Assembly (NCBI RefSeq): GCF_009914755.1
Contig: NC_060932.1
DNA length: 64,000 bases
DNA from: the human T2T-CHM13v2.0 reference genome, Homo sapiens
Direction: 5' to 3' (one strand)
The position numbers and the translations under genes were made by a program. The notes under the pieces were generated by a model. It was given only the letters and a program-made list of their open reading frames with translations. It made no database searches and was not told the origin of the DNA. Below, piece after piece: positions 55,771-64,000 of this stretch. Positions within the stretch are counted from its first letter, which is position 1; every line of letters begins with the position of its first letter.

Positions 55771-56124
55771 AAGTAAGGGTTGTCTAAAAACTTATACACA
55801 AGTAACATTCTAATGAAATTTAACCGTGCTATACTGTGTATAAAATCATAAGTATGTTAAGTGGGACCCTAGAATGTATATCTTGCTGGGCAAAAAATAA
55901 ATTAAAACTTCTAAATATGAATCAAACTTGAATGCATTATTCAAGCTTATAATATGAATTCACCTCTAACACCACCAATTCCTGGCTGTATGATACTAAT
56001 CAAGGTTTTCAATATCATGGAGACTCTAATTTGATTATCTCTGTATAATCAAAGGTGTATCTCTGTATAATCAATCTAAGGGTGATAATATCTACCACAC
56101 AGATTATGGATTAGGGATTATGAA

Positions 56125-56705
56125 ATACCCTGTAAATCGTGATGAGAAGTTTCGATTATATCCTGAAGGCAACGGAGACTAGTAAATGGGTAGCACTGAA
56201 GAATAAATGATTAGATTCACATGTTAGAAGGATGGCTGACAATAAAGTAGAGAACAGATATCAGGGAGCCAAGAACAGGAAACTCTGAGGTTGTCATCAA
56301 GCAAGTGAGAGATGATGATGGTGACCTGAATCGGAGGAGTCAGGGTAGGCATGGTGAGAAGTGGGCAGATTTGACTGAGAACCTTATTTACCAAGTTGAT
56401 GTTGGGAACAAAAACAGGGGAACCAAGATGGCATCCACATTTCTGTCTTGGGCCCCTGCGTGGATGGATGGATTTGCTGCATGAATGTGGAGCCATTCCC
56501 TGAGGGAAGAACACAGAAGGAGATAAGAAGGCTTGGTGAAGTGTGGTGACCTTGGGTCTATGCTTATTGAGTTGTAACACTTTGAAGTCAAGAAATACAA
56601 TTGTGAGAGGGTGGGGCCAGACAAGTTTCTTTTGGGAAGTGACAGCTAAGATGTGACCTGATGAGTGAATAGGGATAACCCTGATGAAGATGAGAGCAAG
56701 TGTGG
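56125..56705 (-). mobile_element. L2 fragment
   Basis: CAAGTGAGAGATGATGATGG..GGTGAGAAGTGG.CAGATT..GGATGGATG..GAGCCATTCCCTGAG. Confidence 0.7.
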
Positions 56706-56710
56706 AAATA

Positions 56711-57250
56711 AACTTCCTTATGATCCAGCAATTCCACCTCTGGGTATTTATTAAAAAAAATTGACATCAGGATCTTGAAAGATATTTGCACTACTAAGTT
56801 CATGGCAGCATTATCCACAATAGCCAAGGGTGGAAACAACCTTAATGTCTACTGAAGGATGAGTAAATAAACAAAATATGATATATATCAAAAAATGGAA
56901 TATTATTAAGCCTTAAAGAAAGAATGAAATCCTGCCATATGTGTCAATGAGGGCATTGTGCTAAGTGAAATAAGCCAGTGTGAAAGACAAATACTTCATT
57001 ATTCCAGTTAGATCAGCTATCTAAAGTAGTCAAACTCATAGAAAAAGTTGAATGATAGTGGCCAGGGGCTGGGAGGAGGAGGAAATGAGTTACTTATCAA
57101 TGGGCATAAAGTCTTAGTCTGGCAAGATGAATAAAGCTCTAGAGATCAGCTATAGAACATTGCACCTGTAGATAACAATACTGTATTGTGCACTCAAAAA
57201 TTTATTTAAAGGGTAGAGCTCATGTTAAATGTTACCACAATTATAGAAAG
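56711..57250 (+). mobile_element. L1MB1/L1MA10-like 3' end
   Basis: TATGATCCAGCAATTCCACCTCTGGGTAT..GCTAAGTGAAATAAGCCAG..AAGGGTAGAGCTCATGTTAAATG..ACCACAAT. Confidence 0.88.
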
Positions 57251-58267
57251 AAATGAAGGTCAGTAAGGACAACAGGGTGCATACGCAGGGAATAAGGAAG
57301 TGGCTCATTATAATGCAAAAGAACTAAAGGCTGGCTGACTTTCAAAATTGCTAAGAAATATCCTTCATCCTTAACATGAAAGCAGGAGACTTAGCTTTGT
57401 GATGCTATCTGCATTTTTTTTTCCAATAATCTTGAATAAGTTATTTTCCCTAGACCCAGACTATTCTTTCCTGCCTTAACTGCTTTAAAAATATTCTTCA
57501 CTCCCCAAACACCAGCACTGTAGTCCTCTTTCATGCCTTTCACTTCATAGCACTATTAAGCTGCCAAATACAGGCTACTGAGATGGAAATGGTATTCAGA
57601 ATATTATCCAGTGACAAAAACAGTGACGTCCTTTACCTAGAAATTTTATTAGGAATTACATACCAACTGGAGTTCAGGTGTGGAACACTGAGAGACATCA
57701 TCTTTGAATTAAAATTAGAGTTTGGTTTTGAAGTGGCTCTGTTGTTTAAAAACCACATCCTTTCAGAAGGACTCAGAGAAGCCCAAAAGCTTTTACCATT
57801 TTTTTCACTAACATAAAATATTTATAACACAGTCATTTATTTGGATCTCATTTTATTATGCTGCCCACATTGTTGATACCTATTGTAGACATTCAAGCAT
57901 GTTTGACCCTTGGCTACTTAATAAATCAGGTAATAATGACAGGACACTGCAGTTAAGTTGTTAGAACAAATGCAGTCAGACAGACACTTAAGAGAGGGAG
58001 TAAAAGAAATCTCTTAGGTGGCAAAACTGCATGATGAGCTAAAGATTAGTTACCTGAAAAAGATTTGCTGATAAGGCAAAGCATCTGGGATTCTTGTTCC
58101 CTGTTGTCTTAAATCTGCTACAAGTACTGTGGGATGCTGACATTTGATCTTTTGAGCTGGAGAGCATTAATATGCTAAGGCTTGAGAATCTGCATTGAAT
58201 TTTACCCTAAACAAGCACTGCGTTGGAATTTTTTGTTGTTTTTATACTTAAAGATATTTAAACATTA

Positions 58268-58383
58268 TGCATATACACACACATACATACACAGACATAT
58301 ATAGGTATATACACACATAAATATACACATACATAAACATGCATATACATACACATGCATACATAACCATATGCATACATATG
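58268..58383. repeat. Degenerate (CATA)n/(CA)n low-complexity tract
   Basis: Alternating purine-pyrimidine A/C/T run. Confidence 0.85.
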
Positions 58384-60141
58384 GTTCCATGATTTCCAGG
58401 CAAACACCTGAAGTGGCTTCGACATATTTCAATAATATAGAACATTTTAATGCTAACTAATTTTAATGCAAGTTGATTTTTAAAAAGCTATTTGAGCTAA
58501 TTGCTAGTCTGGGAATTTCTTAAAAATAATATGAACAATTCCAAGAGATCAAATTTAAAATTTAGAACCCCAACACATTTTTTAAAGGCATTATAATTTC
58601 TGATTCATAGGAATATTGTCAAGTTACAAACAAACTTTGTTTGGTTGACTTAAGTATGTAGTGTGATCTCTTGGCGTTTCTTATTTGCTTGTCCTATCTA
58701 GGTTTCCAAAGAGTTCCTTGATTTTGTCAATATTGGCACAGTCTGAAAGGTCATCCTGATACACTGCAGGTTTCATTACTGCTTGAGCTTGCTATTGTGA
58801 AATACATTTTCGTCCAGTAAAGGGTTTCAGATGGACACGTTTTCTATACATTTCACCATATTCCAACATATTCTGGCATAATTAAAATTATGTGGTGTCC
58901 TGAGGTGTAATTACATCTCACAGGATCACTGGTTTTTGTTGTTGTTGCTGTATTTTTAAAAACAATTTTGTTGGTGGTCAAAAGCTTTCTTATTTAAATA
59001 AAATATGTTTAGTAAGGATGCTTGTTCTTGACTCAACCCTCAATCCTCCCGGTCTTCCAAGGTAGTAAATGTTTTAAAGAGTGATTGTCTTACAGATTTT
59101 CATCTACTCAGTTATTATTTCCAAAGAACAAAATCTGATCCTGCAAGATTCCAAAATCTCCCTTTTCCCTTAGGAAACACCTTGGAGATGCATGGGCATC
59201 ACATTAAGCTGCTTAGCATGTGTCTTGGGGATAGACAGAGATGTGCTTATTAGAGATACTGAAGATATTACACATAAAAAGGAGAAAATGGAATAAAATA
59301 AATGAGAGAATGAGATGTAGAGTTTATAATTAGAAATGGAAAAGAATTTAAAAATTGAAGACCATTCATTTAAGAAATATGTATTTTGTGTCTCCAGCTC
59401 GTAAGCATTCTCTTAGACGCCGGAGACACAAAACTGACACAAATCCCTGCCCTCTAGGTATGGTTAGGCTTAATGATATTTGTTCAGGCAGGACTGCGCC
59501 TCTCCTTTCTTGATTTTTTTATAGGGCTGTATCATTATATTTTTTATGCTTTCCACTTGCTGTAGTCAACATTTAAATCAGTAAAAGGCAACTTGGCCTG
59601 GGACAAAAGGTAATAGTTGTTTAACCTAAAATTCCTATCAAATTATTCAACAAAGTAGCACATATATTTGCAAGAGGAGCAGTGGCTTTATCTTGGAATA
59701 TTTTTAAATAAACAGGGTGTCTGCACCAGTACTCTAGATTTTGAGGTTTATTATTAATAAGAATAAATATTTGAGTGTCAGTGTGTGGTCATTTGTATAT
59801 CTGCAGAAGTTAGCATTTAAATGTAGCAGCTTGTTTTGTTGTTGGTTGGATAGTACACTCAGGCATGAGTATATATACATTATACAGTCCTGCCTCAGGC
59901 AGGACTGGAGACACATGATTCTAGAACAACATTTAGCCATTAGTACCTCATTAATCAAAGAAATGAGTTGCACACTTTGGGCCTCCTCTCAGCCCACTAG
60001 ATCTATCTACCTACCAGATTCTAGATTCAACTAATTTCAAATTTTTTAAATTTTAGATATAATTTGTTCCAGAGGCTAGGCTATTGAAAATATATTTCTA
60101 ATCCTAGGACTTGGATAACTTTCCCCTAAGGACAGGACATC

Positions 60142-60478
60142 TATATTAGTTCATTTTGTGTTGCTATAAAGGAACACCTGAGGCTGAATGATTTATTTTA
60201 AAAAAGAGATTTTTTGACTCATGGTTTTGCAGGCTGTACAAGCCTGGTGCTTGGAGCTGCTCAGCTTCTGGTGAGGCCACAGGAAGCTTACAATCATGGT
60301 GGAAGACAAAGGGGGAGTAGGCCTGTTACACAGCGAGAGAGGGGCAATTCATGAGGCACCAAGTTATTCATGAGGTATCCATCATTATGACCAGATCACC
60401 TCCCACTAGGCCCACCTCCAACACCGGGGATCACATTTCAACATGAGATTTGAAGGGGATAATATCCCAACCACATCA
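60142..60478 (-). mobile_element. MaLR solo LTR (MSTA-like, internally deleted)
   Basis: TTGCTATAAAGGAACACCTGAGGCTG..CACCTCCCACTAGGCCCACCTCCAACACCGGGGATCACATTTCAACATGAGATTTG; TSD ACATC / CCATC. Confidence 0.9.
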
Positions 60479-61102
60479 CCATCCTATCAGTCTATCTAGA
60501 TGCTTCCTTTCAGCCTAATGAAGTCTAAGATTCCAAATTTTATCCTCTTGCAAGTAAAAGGCAAATAGTAACTTTATAAGTGTAAGACATGCTGGGAGGT
60601 GGATAGGTTTAGAATAATTCACCAAGAGATTCAAGTTTCAAATTTTAAAATCTTGATTGCATTACTTATTCCATTACTTAATTTATATACACACATACAC
60701 AACACTCTCACACATACTATACCTGTTCTGTGTAGTTTCCAAGGGAGAACAGTGGGTAAGAAAAGTCCATTTGGGTTGAAGTGTTAATAATATGCCTTAG
60801 AGATTTATTTTCATAAGCCCAGAGGGATTGAATAAACCTTTGCAGCCGTCAAGTCTTCACTGGAATTATTCAGTGTCTTCTTCCCAATAATCTATTTTCT
60901 TTTCTGCATCTCTTGTCTGTGATGAAGCTAGCTTCTTATCAGTTGTACTACAGTATTGTTTAGTTTTATTGTTTGGTGCTAGGTTTACACCAGGATGCAT
61001 CTAAATCAGATGGAGCCTTGCCTGGATCACATATTGTAGCCAAGCTGATTGGACTACTTGCCTTTCAGCTTTTCTTGAGCCAAATTTAAATTTGTAATTT
61101 CT

Positions 61103-61398
61103 TTTTTTTTTTCCTCTGAGACAGAGTCTTGCTCTGTTGCTTAGGCTGCAGTGCAGTGGCATGCTCCTAGCTCACTGCAACTTCCATCTCCCAGGTTTAG
61201 GAGATTTTTGTGCCTCAGCCTCCTGAGTAACTGGGACTACAGGCACATACCACCACACCTGGCTAAATTTTTTATTTTTTTGTAGACTGAGTTTCACCAT
61301 GTTAGTCAGGCTGGTCTCTAACTCCTGGCCTCAAGCAATCCACCTGCCTTGGCCTCCCAAAGTGTTAGGATTAGAGGCGTGAGCCACCACACCCAGCC
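61103..61398 (-). mobile_element. Alu (AluJ or early S type)
   Basis: Full dimer; perfect 16-bp TSD TAAATTTGTAATTTCT (61087-61102 / 61399-61414). Confidence 0.95.
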
Positions 61399-61954
61399 TA
61401 AATTTGTAATTTCTCATAAAACTTTTCTACTCTTAATTCACCCTTGGTACTACATTTAATCTCTTTCCTCATTGACACATTAACATAAATCCAATGAGGA
61501 AGATTTCAATTGCAACATAAGTTGTTGACTTATCATTACAGGGGCTATAAGGGTGTTGCCTTTGCTCTATTTACAAACAGGTTCACAACCTTCTTCCTGG
61601 TGTTCTCTTTCTTATATAACTAGGTCTGCCATTCTAGCGAGTGGGGATATTGGAGCAGATGGCTCTGATATTAAGAACCCCTGAAGGCTGAGAAGCAACA
61701 AATGAGAGATTAGCGGATAGGAATCCCTGAAAGCTCTGGTCCCAACAAATGAAGTAGAAGAGGGTATTTGGAGGCACAAAGAATCCTAGTGTTTGGGATA
61801 TGCAACTAGGGCCTTGCCTTTTAGTCAATGGAAGCTTGCTGCTAAATAACAGATTGATGACTCTTGTTAAGTTAGATGCAATATGAGAACAGAGATTATG
61901 TCTGATTCATCACGGCAAACCTAGCACAGAGCCTGAAGTGGCTGGCATATAGTA

Positions 61955-62190
61955 ACAATGATAATAGAAGAAATGCAATGAGTACTTACTTAGGTGCTCA
62001 ATTAATCCTCACATCAAATTTATGAGATTATTACTATTTTCTCCAATTTGCATATGAGGAAACTGAGACACAGAAAGGTTAACTTACCCAAGAGTAACTT
62101 ACCCAAGTAACTTACCCAAGAGGACACAGATAGTAAGTGGTGGAAATGGTATTGCAACCCAGTCATCTGGCTTTAGGCTCATGCTTGACC
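61955..62190 (-). mobile_element. MIR with internal 13-bp triplication
   Basis: ATGAGGAAACTGAGACACAGAAAGGTTAACTTACCCAAG..TAGTAAGTGGTGGA. Confidence 0.8.
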
Positions 62191-62430
62191 ATTAGTTTAG
62201 AGAAAAGGAGAGTGAAAACCACAATGGGCCTGAAAATCACTTTCTCTCCCTTTAAGAAAAAAAATTATCTGCTCTTTTTCAAGACTTAGAAGCCACAGAA
62301 TGGTAGGCATACTGAAGACTTACTAGTCCAAAAAGACTATTTGGTCTGAAACCTGTTGGTCCTAAGGGTAGACTTTCAGAAATTTATAAAAGTGTGCCAC
62401 AATAGGTATAGGCTGAATTCCAGAGCCTTA

Positions 62431-62829
62431 TGTCGGATTGGCCACTCTAGAAAGGTCCTAAACTAAAGACTGCCACAGGGAGCAACCACATGAAAACCTT
62501 TATTTGCTGCTAGCAGGAAGGTCATTCCCAAAGTGGGACAACCCTGGCTGGTAGTGAACAGAGGTTTTATATGTTACAGCAATGGAAATTGGTCAGGAGA
62601 AAAGGAGAACAAAGAAACAAAAAAAATGAGGTATAGAGAGAGGCAAATGTTCTTAGATGGCTAAGGATATGTGAGTCCACTCTGTGAGGATTTAACAAGG
62701 AGAACAGGTTGTAGTGGATTTGAGTGAGTCCTTTCATGTTTTTGGGTTTATCAAGAAAAACTTAGACTAGGGGTTTGCAACTCTTGGTTTAGGAGGTCAT
62801 GTACAGGGTTTAAAATCTTCCCACTGTCA
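62431..62829 (-). mobile_element. Solo LTR (MER90/MER110-like ERV1)
   Basis: Minus strand begins TGACAGTGGGAAGATTTTAAACCCTGTACATGACCTC; minus-strand TATAAAA and AATAAA present; ends ..CCGACA. Confidence 0.6.
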
Positions 62830-63379
62830 AGACTTATCTGCCAGTGGATGTTGAAGCAGAGCACCACTGCCTTTCCTTAATCCCAAAGCTTATTACCGGA
62901 GGCTACCGTACTCAGCAATTAAAACCGAACAAAAATGTGCTACGTAAACGAATGAAACTAAGTTATTGTGACATGTTAGAAATAGCCAAAATACTTACCA
63001 TGGTATTATGAGGTTAAAAAAAAATTAACAAAGCTCCAAATAAATAACTAATTAGTACTTTTACTCAGACTATTAATTTTGCTTATCCACTACCCCTGGA
63101 AAATGTTCAGCACTGACAACAAGCATCATTGTTAGCATTTACCTTGTATTGTGCTTAAAGAGAAGTTTCATTAACACTAACAACATTATAACAACAAAGG
63201 AAAATTTTTTTCACATAATTTTATCACTCAGACACACCAATCTTTGCTTTTTTCTACACTACTTTCTTGTATGACTCTTAGTTATGATTTTCAACAATTT
63301 TTGGTTGCAATATAGAAGCAAGACATTTCTCTATTTGAGCCTCATGTGTAGAATTGATCATACACTCAGTTTATGAAGC

Positions 63380-64000
63380 TCCATCACTCTCAGTGCAATT
63401 GAGACCTTTCTCTTGTCCCCTTTTCTTAATTCCCTTTATTCCTGACTCGCAAACACATTTCCTTCTCTAGTAGACATCAGCTTTTTGGATATGTATGCAC
63501 CCTTCTAAAACATGATATTTACAAGAGTTTTAAATGTACATATGTGGCATTTTGTTGTATAAGTTGCCTCGTATTTCCAGGAAACACAAATAATGCTGCA
63601 ATGAATATCCTTGCAAATATCACATAATGGACTTTGAGAGCATGTCTCTGAGATTTATACCCAAGAATGAGACTGCTGAGTCACAGGCTTTTTTCACAAT
63701 AGGTTTCATTAGGAACTGTCAGACTGCTGTTCAGAGTGACTCAAATCTTTTCATCAATTAGGCGTGAAGCTTCCAGTTGACTTACATTCTCTTCAGTATT
63801 GGGCAGTATCTGAATTTTAAAAATTTGCTAATTTGATGGCTCTAAAGTGATATTGTTGTTTAATTTGCATTTCTTTGGTTACTGATGAGTTTTAGGATCT
63901 CTAATCCATTCAGTTTTCCTTTTTTGTGTGATTTCTATTCCAGTACTTGTCCATTTTCTTTTCTTTTGATGTGCAAGAGTTTCCTGTTATTAAGATTTTA
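63380..64000 (-). mobile_element. Old L1 (L1ME-like), runs off the window
   Basis: CAAATAATGCTGCAATGAATATCCTTG..ATACCCAAGAATGAGACTGCTGAGTCA..GTTTAATTTGCATTTCT. Confidence 0.8.

Overview
Primate (human-like) non-coding genomic DNA, AT-rich and dense in interspersed repeats. I find no credible protein-coding exon, RNA gene or CRISPR array. The ORF track is explained by Alu-derived frames, microsatellites and chance ORFs. The window holds 19 Alu elements (J and S types; none with clear AluY diagnostics), 3' fragments of L1, many L2 and MIR relics, solo LTRs (MaLR MLT1/MST, ERV1 MER57-, MER4/LTR8- and MER90/110-like, ERVL LTR47- and LTR16-like) and DNA transposons (MER2, MER5, MER20, MER119, Kanga1). 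Family names come from my recall of consensus sequences, not from a database search, and boundaries of old elements are approximate. The most notable observations are: (1) an ancient ~163-bp copy of nearby sequence inserted inside a MER20; (2) a CpG-retaining, promoter-like segment at the start of an old MLT1-type LTR at ~31.1 kb, with candidate non-coding exons nearby; (3) an unexplained ~290-bp insert inside a MER119; (4) an alternating Alu trio with a 20-bp inverted-repeat spacer and a 172-nt pure pyrimidine tract; (5) several enhancer-like motif clusters. I cannot support a new biological system or name the locus from the sequence alone.
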